Assembly: GCF_963921235.1 (NCBI RefSeq)
Contig: NC_086106.1
Span: 117,118,001 to 117,182,000, forward strand
Source of the DNA: Mobula hypostoma
Lineage: Eukaryota
Reading direction: 5' to 3'
Length of the DNA: 64,000 bases
Part shown: positions 26,188-39,589 of the stretch, piece after piece
Position numbering within the stretch: position 1 is the first letter of the stretch
Layout: each line of letters opens with the position of its first letter
Translations under genes and position numbers: made by a program
Notes under the pieces: generated by a model
Told to the model about the DNA's origin: nothing
The model's input: only the letters and a program-made list of their open reading frames with translations
Databases searched by the model: none

Positions 26188-27135
26188 GTAAATAGAACTG
26201 CTTCAAAAAAAATCTAAAGCTTCTAAATCTTTATTTACTTGTTTATAAAAGAGTTGCAGAAATGATGATTCTGTAAATTATTGCTTTAAGTAATCTTGTG
26301 CTCTTTAATACTGAACGCTTTTCCATAAATGAAACTTTTTGTTTTAATAATTGTTAATGAAGATCTACAATAAAAGCAGTTTGCTCTATTGTCTTCGATC
26401 AAAAAGAACCATCAATATAGGCCACCACGGTGGTGTAGCGGTTAACATGATGTTATTACAACTCGGGGCATCAGATTTCAATTCTGGTGTCCTCTGTAAA
26501 CAAGTCTGTATGTTCCTTCCTGTGTGCCTGTGGGTTTCCTCCCACAGTCCAATGAAGGTTAGTAGGGTCATCATAAATTGTCTTGTGATTTGAAAGGGCC
26601 TGTTCCCTGCTGTATCTCTAAATAAAAAAAAATAATGATTTCTGGTATAATTTTGAGCATATAAGGGTAATGGCAGGTTTCATTCTTCTAAGGTGAATTG
26701 TAAAAGTTTGCTAATTTAATATCAAGCAATAATGTATTTTGCTAATTTTAATCAATATGTAATTAGGCCTAACATTGAATGCTTGTGTACATGTGATTTG
26801 AGTTGCTATTATTTAAAACAATATGTATCTTGTTAATGTTGTATTCCTGAATGATGATTAGGGAGTCCTAGGTTTCTGCTTGCTACCACCTGCCCCCAGT
26901 TACATTCATGCACTTCAGAAATGCAGCATTGATGCTAATGGAGCTTTTTGTGTATCTTGGGTCTTTTACAAAGACACTGTGTACTGATAACCATTTGTAC
27001 TTGTTTCTTGAGCAGTAATTTTCCCTGGGTTGTGCTACATGTCAGTGTATATGGTTTATTCAGCGTTTTCTCTAATTTTACAGGCAATCAGAAGTTTTTG
27101 CATTAGTGTAAATGGATAATATTTTTAATTCACAG

Positions 27136-27179
27136 CCAAGAAAACAACACCTCTTCTGGACTATGTAAAAACTAAGCAG
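27136..27179 (+). CDS. UPF3B: UPF3B exon 6
   Basis: AG|AKKTTPLLDYVKTKQ|GT; 44 nt; conserved TTPLL motif. Confidence 0.95.
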
Positions 27180-27287
27180 GTAAAGATTCACACCCCCCCC
27201 CTCCCTCAATTTGTTATTTTGAAAATTATTATTATTTCCCCCATACATGCTGTTAATTTATGAATGTGTCATTGTTTTCTGTACCAG

Positions 27288-27479
27288 AGAATAAGAGAGG
27301 AAAAAAGAGAAGAAAGGAGGAGACGGGAGCTGGAAAAAAGGAGACTTCGCGAAGAAGAAAGAAGAAAATGGAGAGAGGATGAAAGGCGAAAAAGGAGGGA
27401 AGCAGAGAAACAAAAGAAGATGGTAGAGAAAGGGTTTGACAAAGAAAAGGATCGGTCAAAGGATGAACCAAAGATAAAG
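27288..27479 (+). CDS. UPF3B: UPF3B exon 7 (charged coiled-coil-like region)
   Basis: AG|RIREEKREERRRRELEKRRLREEERRKW...KDEPKIK|GT; 192 nt. Confidence 0.95.
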
Positions 27480-27564
27480 GTGCACTATAATGTCAGTATA
27501 TCTACAGAATTGCTATATTAACCAGTAAAATATGTAACGGGAATCTATCTCAATGGATTTGTAG

Positions 27565-27719
27565 CTTCTGAAGAAGCCAGAAAAAGGGGATGACTCCTGC
27601 ATGGAAAAGCCAAAGGACAAACTAAAGAAACTGGACAGAGAAAGGGCTAAAGAAGACAGGTCATTCATTGCCCAGGGAAAAAGACTGGAGAGTTCCATCA
27701 AGGATGATAAAGGAAAAAA
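27565..27719 (+). CDS. UPF3B: UPF3B exon 8
   Basis: AG|LLKKPEKGDDSCMEKPKDKLKKLDRE...DDKGK|GT; 155 nt, ends phase 2. Confidence 0.92.
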
Positions 27720-27944
27720 GTACGTGGGACTAAATGGAATTAATTGTATCTGTTGTCTTGCTATTTGTTTCGTTACCTGTGATTATAAATCAGTACTAGA
27801 GTACAGTGAACCACAAGTAGTGGTCCTCCCTGTACACTCTTATAAAGGCTGCTCTGGTCAATCTTTGCCAAACATCCGTTAGCCTTTTTCTCGCAATAGA
27901 CTTTGAAGGCTGCTATAGCATAGCGGTTGCAATACTAGATTCAT

Positions 27945-29080
27945 AATTTCTAAACGGAGTAAATCAGAGGTGCAAAGGAACTTGGAAGTCCTGGTGCAAG
28001 ATTCCCTGAAGGGAAAATGGAGACACCTCTTTCTCCCTTATTGGGGGGAGAGAGAACCTGCAGTACATCGAATACCAGGTGAAACATGAAGTCTTTGGGG
28101 TAGCTGTGTCTTTGCTATTGCTTTGCTCATGCTTCAGTGCTCAGCAGTGTCGATACTTTTTTTTGCCGGTGGGGGGAGGGGGGATTGTTACTCACTGCCA
28201 CGCGAGCGGGAAGGGGAAGCTGGTGGAGGGGACTTCGGGGTTCTGACATTTAACTGTCATTCATTCTTTGGGGCACTCCTCTGTTTTCGTGGGTGGTTGT
28301 GAAGAAAAAGCATTTTGGGATGTATATTGTATATATTTCTCTGATATTAAATTGTGCCTTTGAAGTTGTGTCGGTGATAAGGACGGCAACTGCAATGATA
28401 GCATTCATTTCAAGACTACTGCATTAGAAGAGCAAGGATGTGATGCTGAGTCTTTATAAGGCATTGGTCAGACTGTTCTTGGTGTAAGCAGGTTTAGGAC
28501 CGCATCTAAGAAAGGGTATGATGGCAATGGAGAAGATCAAAAGGGGTGTTCATGAGAATGGTCTCGGGAATGATGGGGTTAAAGTATGAGGAGCGTTTAA
28601 TGGCTCTAGGCCTGTACTCACTGCAGTTTAGAAGGATGAGGAGGTGGGGGGGGGGGATCTCAATGAAACCTATTGAATATTGGAAGACCTGTATAGAGAG
28701 GATGCCCACTATGGGAAATGAGTCTAATACTAAAGGGCACAGCCTCAGAATAGAGGAGCGTCCTTTAGAACAGAGATGGGGAAGAATTTCTTAGAGAGTG
28801 GTGAATCTGTGTAGTTCATTGACACGGATGGTGTGGAGGCCAAGTCATTGTGTATACATAGACCATAAGACATTAGGAGCAAAATTACTCCATTTGGCCA
28901 TTGAGTCTGCTCGATATAAAGTGGAGGTTGATAGGCTCTTGATCGGTAAGGTCATCAAATGTTACAGGGAAAAGACCAGGAGAATGGGGTTGAGAGGGAT
29001 AATAAATCGGCCATTATGGAATGGTGGAGCAGATTCAATGAGCCGAATAGCTTAATTCTGCTCCTATGTCTTATGGTCTT
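27945..29080 (+). mobile_element. CR1 3' fragment containing a nested non-autonomous repeat (about 28010-28345)
   Basis: YEERLMALGLYSLQFRRMR; TCTTATGGTCT tail. Confidence 0.8.
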
Positions 29081-29269
29081 CTAATCATTTATGCTGGAAC
29101 CTGTCCCACCACAGCAGGTTGGAAATTAGAAATGAAAAGCGATCTATTTGTTTCTGGGCCGGCCTTTATCTTCTACAGCATTGTGGTTGACTTAGCTGCC
29201 CTGTGAACGGGCCTCTTCATTCTGAGTCATGTAGAAACCCATAATGAATACTAGCATTTCAGATACGCC

Positions 29270-30300
29270 AATTTTCCTGGCAAATACACCCAACGACCTG
29301 GCCTCCACAGCTGCCTGTGGTAACAAATTCCACAAATTCACTACCCTCTGGCTAAAGAAGTTTCTCCACATCTTAATTTTAAATGGATGCCCCTCTGTCC
29401 TGATGTTTTGCTCTCTTCTCTTCTCCTAGACTCCCCCACCATAGGAAACATCCTTTCCACTTTCTACTCTGTCTAGGCCTTTCAACATTTAAAAAGTTTC
29501 AAAGAGATTTCTCCCCCCCCCCCCAATCTTTCTACATTCCAGTGAACATAGATCCAGAGCCATCAAACGTTCCTAGAATATTTTCTAAATGGGGAGAAAA
29601 TCCAAAAAATCTGAGATGCAAAGGGACTTAGGAGCCCTTGTGCAGAACACCCTAAAGGTTAACTTGCAGATTCATTCGGTGAGGAAGGCAAATACAAGGT
29701 TAGCGTTCATTTCAAGAGATCTACATCTACCCTGCACCTTCCTCATTTTTCCCAGAAACTCATGCCATTGCTGCTCTGCTGTCATCCCTGCCAGCTTCTC
29801 CTTCCAATTTACTTTGGCCAACTCCTCTCTCATGCGACTGTAATTTCCTTTACTCCACTGAAATACTGCTGAGTCAGACCACCTTCTCCCCATCAAATTT
29901 CAAGTTGAACTCAATCATATTGTGATCACTGCCTCCTGAGGGTTCTTTTATCTTAAGCTCCCTAATCACCTCCCATTTATTATATATCACCCAATCGAGT
30001 ATAGCTAATCCCCTAGTAAGCTTAGTGACAAACTGCTCTTAAAAAGCCATCTCGTAGGCATTCAGCAAGCTCACTCTCGTGAGATCCATTACCAACCTGA
30101 GTTTTCCCAATCGACCCTCATGTTATCTCCATGACTTTCGCTCCTGACTCCCAACCTACGACCTCCAGTTAGTCTTGCCCAACCTAGGTGGGGAAAAGCC
30201 TGCTTGCATGTACCTTATCTATACCCCTCATAATTTTGTATACTTCTATCAAATTTCCCTCATTCTTCTACACTCCCAGAAATAAAATCCGAATCTATTT
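29270..30300. mobile_element. Jumbled CR1 fragments in both orientations
   Basis: Minus-strand 3' fragment, a short plus-strand QRDLGALV fragment and a minus-strand endonuclease-region fragment. Confidence 0.7.
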
Positions 30301-30435
30301 TTATTTATTTAGCTGTATAGTGTGGATTAGGCCCTTCTGGCCCTTTAAGTTGTGCCGACAACAACTCCTGATTTAGCCCTAGCCTGATCATGGGAAAATT
30401 TACAATGAAATATTAACCTACTAACCAGAACACAT

Positions 30436-30724
30436 GGCGCGTGGCCAACTGGTTAGGGCGTTGAGCTCACGATCTGAAGGTCATGGGTTCGAGTCTCGGC
30501 CAAGGCAGTGTGTTGTGTCTTTGAGCAAGGCACTTAACCACACACTGCTCCAGTCCACCCAGCTGGAAATGGATAACGGCAAACGCTGGGGGTTAACCTC
30601 GCGATAGACTGGCTTCCTATCCCGGGGGGAGTCTTGTACTCTCAGTCGTTTCACGCCATGGAAACCGACATAAGCACCGGCCTGATGGGCCACAAGGCTC
30701 GGGACAGACTGAGTTTTAACTTTT
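30436..30724 (+). mobile_element. tRNA-derived CORE-like SINE nested in an HE1/V-SINE-like element
   Basis: A box TGGCCAACTGG, B box GGGTTCGAGTC, CORE-like TTGAGCAAGGCACTTAACC; flanked by TAACCAGAACACAT at 30422-30435 and 30725-30738. Confidence 0.85.
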
Positions 30725-31667
30725 TAACCAGAACACATTTGGACTGTGGGAGGAAACCCATGCATTTGATGGGGAGGCCTTCTTGTACAGATGATATCAG
30801 AATTGAACTTCAAACTTCTCCACCCCAAACCATAGTAGCATCACGCTAACCACTACACAACCATGGTGCCTCTTCAATCTTTCCTTATGACTTCTCAATT
30901 ATTCGAATCTCTGCACCGACCTTCAGGGTAGCAAGTAATAGTCAACAAGTACACCCTTAGCAGCTTCCACCATATCATGTAATGTTGTTGTTGGCATCCG
31001 TCTGTCTGGAAGCACAATGGGTGATGATCATGATCACAAGCCTGGGCAGAAGGTATGGAGATCCTGACACGCCCAGTTGTCAAGATTCCCTCCTCTGCCT
31101 CACTAGTATAGTCCAAAGGAAAGCTTATGAAGCAATACATTTGGCACCAGCTTGGCTGCAAGAGCTGCCGGAAGGATGTTCAATGATGCCCAGCCATCTT
31201 AGGGGCTCCACTCTGGATTTGTTGGCTAGGTTTACTCCCATAGTCTTCATCTGTCCCTAGGCAGTGGGGCTATTTCCCCATAGCTGAGGATCTGGTTCAT
31301 GAGTACCAGGGTGTGTCCACACACTGGTGGGCCTGTGTACTAAGTGTACGGGGCCAGACCTCCTCCCCACCCTCTGTAGTTGGCCTGAGCCTGAAAGCAG
31401 TTCAGTTTCCATGCCTTATCAGCGATGACGCTTACTGTTGCAGAGGCTGTGTACCAGCAGGGAGAGATTTACACATTCGTCTCACCTTTTTATGAGACTT
31501 AGCCATCGGTGGAGCTGGAAGTGAGAGTGACCAGCGCTACCCACTATGCTACCACACCAGTCGTGACACAGCAACCATTCTGACACCATCACATAATAAC
31601 TGTTTTCTTAATTAGAAGTTTTTGTTTTGGAGACTTGAATGAGTTTTGCTTTGTTCGGACCCAATAG

Positions 31668-31971
31668 GTTTGAGGACGATGGCGGAAGAGAGTACCGAGA
31701 GAAAGAGGAAAGGGAACGCGAGAGGAGGCTGAAGGAGAAAGAACGTCAGAGACGCCAAGAGGACGACCGCAGGAAGCTGAGGGAACGGTGTGAGACTGAC
31801 AAGCCTTTCAGGAAAAAAGACGAAGATATAAAGAAGGAGAAGGATCAGTCAAATGAAAAAGCCAGGAAAAGGGAAAGCTTGGAGATTACAGCAAGTTACG
31901 ACAAATTAGAGAAGGGAAAAGAGGATAAGAAGGAGGAAACTACAATAAAAAAAGAACGAATCAGAAATAAG
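31668..31971 (+). CDS. UPF3B: UPF3B exon 9
   Basis: AG|FEDDGGREYREKEERERERRLKEKER...KKERIRNK|GT; 304 nt; phase matches exon 8. Confidence 0.93.
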
Positions 31972-33324
31972 GTACAGCATAATTTCTTTTACTGACAGGT
32001 AAAACATGTACCTCCTGGTACTCTAAAGGTTGGAAATTCTTGACCTAGTATGAATTTCTGGTATTTTGACCTGTGCTATTATTGGCTGAAAATGAGCCAG
32101 TGAGGTTCATTCCATTTTCCAGCTCTGGTGATACTAAATGCTCATCCAGATGTGTTTTAAATGAAATGAGTGGGCCAGATAAATAGAAACAATCATTTGT
32201 GTGAATTTTGTTACTTCTAGGGTGTTCTTACCATTTTTCCTAAGTAAGTTTCATAGTTTTGTACCCTTGACTAAATCACATTGGACCTTCTGTTGTCGAC
32301 AAACCCTTCCCAGTGTAGGCAAAGCTGACCTTCAACACTCCTTGTAAAATTCTTAAACACTCTTTGAGCCTTCTGCACTGAGATAGCATCATTCTTGTAA
32401 GTCCTTGCTGTTGTTACTTTAGCTATAGTCAACTTGGGGCAGCAGGATAGTGTAACAGTTAGTGAAATGTTTTACAATGTTGGTGATCATCGATCAGTTT
32501 GATTCCTGCTGCTATCTGTAAGGAGTTTGTACATTCTCCCCATTGCCATATGGGTTTTTCTTGTATCTTATAAACTGGACACAATGTGCTCCTCCAGGCA
32601 TTGGTTTTTGGGAGTTCTAACTTGTTTTGTGTAAAAGTATAACAGATTTTACTCTTCACCTTGAATGTTTTCGACCATTGATTTGCCGCAAAGCTGTTCA
32701 CTCTTACTTAATCTTACATGCAATATGGGTAAAGTTTTAGCTTTGTCCAAACAGAGCTTTTATACCTCGCCCTCAACCACCATAATAACTTCTCATTGAT
32801 GCCCCTTTCACCTACAAGGGTGTCCACCTTGTACTGATACAAGACTTGCCAGTTTATTTTCCCTTCTCCCAACCCCTGTTGACCAAAACGAGTCCAGGAA
32901 TCTGATGCCCTCCTCCCTGCAAGCTTCATCTGTGCTATCCTTGGCCGGCATGAAAGGGTAGCGGTTAGCATAATGTTTTACAGCTAGCAGTAACATCGGG
33001 GTTCAATTCTAGCCACTGTTTGTGAGGTGTTTGCTTTCCCCATGACTGCATGAGTTCCCTCTGGGTGCTCAGGTTTCCTTCCACATTCCAAAGATGTGTG
33101 AGGTTGTGGGCAGACTATGTCGGCAACATTTGCAGGCTGCTCCCAGCACATCGCTGGTGCAAATGATGCAGTTCACTATGTTTTGATCCTCACAACATTC
33201 TCTCCTGTTGCCCCACTAATACACACGTGATACTCATGGATATTTGAATTTTATTGAAGTTGTCCTTTTGAATCTCTTTTCCAGCAAACTAATTTGATTC
33301 TCTTTTGTGGTTAAGTCATTGGTG

Positions 33325-36300
33325 CAGTGCCTATAAAAAGTATTCAGCCCCCCTGGAAGTTTTCATGGTTTATTGTTTTACAACACAGTGGATTTAGAAG
33401 CATAGAAAACCTACAGCGCAATACAGGCCCTTCGGCTCACAAAGTTGTGCCGAACATGTCCTTACCTTAGAAATTACTAGGCTTACCTATAGCCCTCTAT
33501 TTTTTTTAAGCTCCACGTACCTATCCAAAAGTCTCTTAAAAGACCCTATCATATCCACCTCCACCACTGTTGCCGGCAGCCCATTCCACGCACTCACCAC
33601 TCTCTGAGTAAAAAAACTTACCCCTGACATCTCCTCTGTACCTACTGCACAGCACCTTAAACCTGTGTCCTCTTGTGACAACCCTGGGAAAAAGCCTCTG
33701 ACTATCCACACGATCAATGCCTCTCATCATCTTATACACCTCTATCAGGTTACCTCTCATCCTCTGTCGCTCCATGGAGAAAAGGCCACATTCACTCAAC
33801 CTATTCTCATAAGGCATGCTCCCCAATCCAGGCAACATCCTTGTAAATCTCCTCTGTACCCTTTCTATGGCTTCCACATCCTTCCTGTAGTGAGGCAACC
33901 AGAACTGAGCATAGTACTCCAAGTGGGGTCTGACCAGGGTCCAATATAGCTGCAACGTTACCTCTCGGCTCCTAAATTCAATTCCACAATTGATGAAGGC
34001 CAATACACTGTACGCCTTCTTAACCACAGAGTCAACCTCTGCAGCTGCTTTGAGCGTCCTATGGACTTGGACCCCAAGATCCCGCTGATCCTCCACACTG
34101 CCAAGAGTCTTACCATTAATACTATATTCTGCCATCATACTTGACCTACCAAAATGAACCAGCTCACACTTATCTGGGTTGAACTCCATCTGCCACTTCA
34201 CAGCCCAGTTTTGCATCCTATCAATGTCCCGCTGTAACCTCTGACAGCCCTCCACACTATCCACAACACCTCCAACCTTTGTGTCATCAGCAAACTTACT
34301 GACCCATCCCTCCACTTCCTCATCCAAATCATTTATAAAAATCACGAAGAGTAAGGGTCCCAAAACAGATCCCTGAGGCACACCACTGGTCACCGACCTC
34401 CATGCAGAATATGACCCGTCTACAACTACTCTGCCTTCTGTGGGCAAGCCAGTTCTGGATCCACAAAGCAATATCCCCTTGGATCCCATGCCTCCTTACT
34501 TAATAAGCCTTGCATGGGGTACCTTATCAAATGCCTTGCTGAAATCCGTATCTACATCCATTGCTCTTCCTTCATCAATGTGTTTAGTCACATCCTCAAA
34601 AAAATTCCATCAGGCTCATAAGGCACGACCTGCCCTTGACAAAGCCATGCTGACTATTCCTAATCATATTATGCCTCTCCAAATGTTCATAAATCCTGCC
34701 TCTCAGGATCTTCTCCATCAACTTACCAACCACTGAAGTAAGACCCACTGGTCTATAATTTCCTGGGCTACCTCTACTCCCTTTCTTGAAAAAAGGAACA
34801 ACATCCGCAACCCTCCAATCCTCCAGAACCTCTCCCGCCCCCATTGATGATGCAAAGATCATCGCCAGAGGCTCAGCAATCTCCTCCCTTGCCTCCCACA
34901 ATATCCTGGGGTAGATTTCATCCGGTCCCGGCAACTTATCCAACTTGATGCTTTCCAAAAGCTCCAGCACATCCTCTCTCTTAATATCTACATGCTCAAG
35001 CTTTTCAGTCTGCTGCAAGTCATCACTGCAATCACCAAGATCCTTTTCCATAGTGAATACTGAAGTAAAGTATTCATTAAGTACCTCTGCTATTTCCTCC
35101 GGTTCCATACACACTTTCCCACTGTCATACTTGATAGGTCCTATTCTTTTACGTCTTATCCTCTTGCTCTTCACATACTTGTAGAATGCCTTGGGGTTTT
35201 CCTTAATCCTGCCCACCAAGGCCTTCTCATGGCCCCTTCTGGCTCTCCTAATTTCCTTCTTAAGCTCCTTCCTATTAGCCTTATAATCTTCTAGATCTCT
35301 AACATTACCTAGCTCTCTGAACCTTTTGTAAGCTTTTCTTTTCTTCTTGACTAGATTTATTACAGCCTTTGTACACCACTGTTCCTGTACCCTACCATAA
35401 CTTCCCTGTCTCATTGGAATATACCTATGCAGAACTCCACACAAGTATCCCCTGAACATTTAATTTGGACTTTTGATACTGATCAACAAAAAAGACTCGT
35501 GTCAAAGTGAAAACAAATTTCTACAAGTTGGTCTAAATTTATTACAATTATTAAACACAAAATAGATTGCATAGTTACTCATCCCCTTCAAGTACATATT
35601 TAGTGGATGCACCTTTGGCAGCAATTACAGCCTTGAGTTGGTGTGGATAGGTCTCTATCAGATTGCATGGAGATCATGAGTGAACAGCCCTTTTCAGGTC
35701 ACATTCTCAATTGGATTGAGGTCTGGACTCTGACTTGGCCACTCTAGGACATTAACTTAGTTGTTTGTAAGCCATTCCTGTGTAGCTTTGGCTTTATGCT
35801 TGGAGTCATCGACTTGCTGGAAAACGTATCTCCTCCCAAGTTGCAGTTCTTTTGCAGACTGCCTCAGTTCTTCCTCCAGGATTTCCCTGTGTTTTGCCGC
35901 ATTCATTGTACCCTCTACCTTCACAAGCTTTCTAGGGCCTGCTGCAGTGAAGCATCCCCACAGCATGAGGCAGCCATCACCATGCTTCACAGTAGGGATG
36001 GTGTGCTATTGATGACGTGCAGTGTTTGGCTTATGGCAAACATAACATTTAGTCTGATGGCCAAAAAGCATTATTTTGGTTTAATCAGACCATAGAAGTG
36101 TCTTCCAGCTGACTTTAAAGTCTCCCACATGCCTTCTGGCAAATTCTAGCCAAGATTTTGAGTCTTTTTCAGCAGTGGCCTTCTCTTTGCCATTCTCAAT
36201 TAAAGCTGTAACTAGTGAAGCACCCGGGCAACAATTGTTTTATGTACAGCCTCTCCCATTTCAGCCACTGAAGATTGCAACTCTTCCAGAGTTGTCATAG

Positions 36301-36926
36301 GTCTTTTGGTGGCCTCCCTCACTAGTCCCCTTCTTGCATGGTTACTCAGTTTGAGGGTGGCTTGCTTTAGGCAGGTTTATAGCTGTCTCATATTCTTTCC
36401 ATTTCTTGATGATTGACTTGACTGTATTCCAGGGGATGTTCAGTGACTCAGAAATTTCCTTGTGTCCATCTCCTGATTTGTGCTTTTCAATAACCTTTTC
36501 GCAGAGTTGCTGGGAGTGTTCTTTTGTCTTCATGGTGTAGTTTTTGCCAGGATACTGACTCACCAGCAGTTGGACCTTCCAGATACAGGTTTTATTTAAT
36601 ACAGTCAATTGAAACACCTTGACTGTACACGGGTCTCCAAAAACAGATGGCCATATAACTAATTATGTGACTTCCAAAACCATTTGGCTGCACCAGTGAT
36701 TATTTGGTGTGTCATATTAAAGGGGTAGATTCTTCTGCAATTTTGTGTTTTATATTTGTAATCAATTTAGATCACTTTGTAGAGATCTGTTTTCACTTTG
36801 ACATGGAAGATTTTTTTTTGTTGATCAGTGTTAAAAAAGCCAAATTAAATCCACTATGATTCAATGTTGTAAAATAATAAAATATGAAAACTTCCAAAGG
36901 AACTGAAATACTTTTTGTAGGCACTG
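33325..36926 (-). mobile_element. Tc1-like DNA transposon (decayed transposase, long inverted repeats) interrupted by a CR1
   Basis: Termini CAGTGCCTATAAAAAGTATT and AATACTTTTTGTAGGCACTG; HTH fragment MKTKEHS...VKSIIKKWK (ORF 36342-36617) and DDE fragment KHGDGCLMLWGCF...FQQVDDSKHKAK (ORF 35757-35990). Confidence 0.9.
33396..35457 (-). mobile_element. CR1 LINE, 5'-truncated ORF2 (RT), frameshifted
   Basis: ORFs 34596-35459 and 33536-34489 with [25 protein letters not shown] and KFADDTK. Confidence 0.93.
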
Positions 36927-37549
36927 TGCCTCTGGCTGATTCCCGTCTGCAATCAGAATGTTGTGCAACTGTTCAATGACACAGCTCACGCCCCAGCACC
37001 AGAAAAGCAACATGCCAGCTTGGCACGTCTGTGACTGCAGATAATTCAGTCTGATTTCAATTGGTTTTGATGAATGCAGCTGACCCACCTATTTGGATCT
37101 GAACTGGACTTTGGCTGCACCTCCCAGAGAAGCTGTCGCCCTCGCGAGTAAAGAATACCAATTTGAATGTAAAATTCATTGGGAACTCATTCCTCCTGCA
37201 CAAACCAGGTCCCATTATTTCTACCTATACTTGGTTGCTGTTGTGACATCCATGTTATTCTCTGCCATCAGATTTCTAAATGGATAATGGACCAACCTGT
37301 TACACCTCTTCACTGTTTTTGTTCTTCTTGCACTGCTTATTTTTTGTGTATATTTCTTTAGTATTTATTGCACTGTAATACTGTCACATAAATTTTATAA
37401 CTTGTGTCAGTGATATTAAACATAATTCTGATATACTTCAGTGAGGTTAGATGCTGTTTCAGTTCCTTCAGCTAATAACACTCACTGTGCTTATTATTGT
37501 CTATGAAAGGCAAGCATGAATTCCCCTGGAAAACCAAGGGTTTGCACTC

Positions 37550-38005
37550 AAGTTTTTATTGTATTGTATAGACAGGGTATAAACAGCATGAAAATCAGCT
37601 TTCTGCAGCAGCACGGTGCATTACACAAGTTAATGACCTTAAATTGACATCAATTATCCATACATGACAAAATAAACATGCACATTGTGGGAGAGAGCAG
37701 GAATATAGTTCTAAGTAGAATTGGACTTTTTCAGGTCAGTTCACTTCAAGAACCTGATGGCAGTGGGGAAGAAGTTGTTGAACTTTGACGTGTGGGTTTT
37801 CAGGCTCCCATATCTCCTGTCTGATGGCAACATCAAGAAAAGGGTTTCACCTGGATGATGGGGTCCCTGCTGATGGATGTCATCTTCCTGAGACATTTGC
37901 CTTTTGGATATGTCCTTGTGGGGAGAGCTACACCTGTGAAGAAACTGTGCATTGGAGTTTCCATACCAGGCCATGATACAACCAGTCAGAATGCTTTTAA
38001 TGGGC
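37550..38005 (-). mobile_element. Rex1/Babar-like LINE 3' fragment
   Basis: SILTGCIMAWYGNS...LPSDRRY...FFPTAIRFL. Confidence 0.75.
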
Positions 38006-38474
38006 CATAGCTCTACTTGCAATACTGAGTGACATTTATCAACTTTCTTTTGAATATTTCTCTTGAATAAGCTCTCTGAATATTTTCTGATGTAACTCAG
38101 TCTTTACATAATGGATTTTTAATCTAGGTATTGAACATCAAACCACTGAAATATTGCTATAATTTTACAGATCAGTCAACTGAGTTAATTGGAACTCACG
38201 TGGTCCTTTTACTGCTTCTCCGTTACTAAAGCTCTGCCATAACTTTTGTAGGAAATGTATCTAAATCGTTTTTATCCATTACAATGAACAAAACAGTTGG
38301 ACTTGTATTATTTTGCGGGATGGTGTACAGAGTAAACACTTTATAAAACGTGCAAATAGTTCTTACAATATTGGGCTAAAGACTGTAAAATCTCAGCAGA
38401 TCAAGTGGCATCTACAAAGGGAGAAATGGTTAATGATTCAAGTTCTGTGCTTTCTGTCTTTTGTTTCTTTCCAG

Positions 38475-38639
38475 GACCGCCCTACCATGCAGCTGTACCA
38501 GCCAGGGGCGCGGAGCCGCAGCCGCTTAGTGGCGTTTTCAAAGTCTAGCGAAAGCAGCGTAAGGCCAGCAGAAGAAAGCGAGGAGAAAAAAGAGCCTGAG
38601 GCTTCTGGAAACATTGCTGAAAAGGCGAGCGAGGAATGA
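38475..38639 (+). CDS. UPF3B: UPF3B exon 10 (EJC-binding motif and stop)
   Basis: AG|DRPTMQLYQPGARSRSR...KASEE*; summed CDS is 1398 nt = 465 aa plus stop. Confidence 0.95.
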   Translation, partial: DRPTMQLYQPGARSRSRLVAFSKSSESSVRPAEESEEKKEPEASGNIAEKASEE

Positions 38640-39569
38640 AAAGGCTGCTGCCCATTCAGTGATTGAGAAATCACAGTATGCCAGCCGTATGGGGAAATTC
38701 AAAAGTGCCCTTATTGGAGATGAGCTTGGAGAGTGAGAATGGTGCGTTTTGCTTGTCAGATTAAAACGTTTGAAACTGGTAATTTCCCAACATTAAGAAT
38801 GGAGGTTTCTTTTGCCATCACAGTTGTGACAGGTTACTGATGTGCAAGATTGCTACAGTTGGAGATAACTGGGATGTAAATTAGATGTGCTTACGAGACT
38901 GATGCTAGTAACTCTGAAAATGTACTAGCCAACAGCTTTGATAATGAGCTAATGATATCCCATTATTTACTTCAGGGGAGGCAAGTAGAAAGGATGTGTT
39001 CTGGTGGCTACAGCAGAATTACACCAGAAAATGCTAATAACTTACCTGAGCCGTAAGTTGATATAAATTTTAGTTCCACATTGCAGGTTAGAATATGAGA
39101 GACCAAATTCCTTGTGGCCTTATAGATTCCATCTGTGGTGGGAAGATCAATGAAAAGGCCCAAGGGAGTAAAATAAAATTGTTCTTTCATACTTGTCATA
39201 GGTGCTGTATCATTAGCTTTCTACCTGTCTAAGGTATATCAGTTGCAATTTGTATTGGAGATCATGTAATACTTCAGTTTTAAATCTAATCAACTGGTTC
39301 CAGTGATTTGTGCTTAAAATCTAAGTGTACTTTAGTATTGCTGTGCCAGTCCAGTGCTCATGATCCAAATTGTGTTCGATCATGAACGTGAGGGTAGTTG
39401 AAAACGATGATTCATTAAGGGACAAGTATGAATCGATCTGCTCTCTGTGCAACTTCCTCTTTCTTTCCTGTGCCTTGGGAAGTCCCCTACGGTGTTGTTC
39501 CCTAGTCAGCCGATAGAGGGTGCCAGTAAGCTTGGTAACCAGGAGTCTGTTGTATTAGGAAATCTGAGG

Positions 39570-39589
39570 GGTGTGTGTGTGTGTGTGTG
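39570..39589 (+). repeat. (GT)n microsatellite in the putative UPF3B 3' UTR
   Basis: Direct inspection. Confidence 0.85.

Noticed and set aside
30436-30510. tRNA gene
   Set aside because: A and B boxes are present, but the sequence continues into a SINE body with a TSD and has no proper acceptor stem.
33536-35459. Domesticated or active reverse transcriptase gene
   Set aside because: 5'-truncated and frameshifted CR1 with no endonuclease domain or ORF1.
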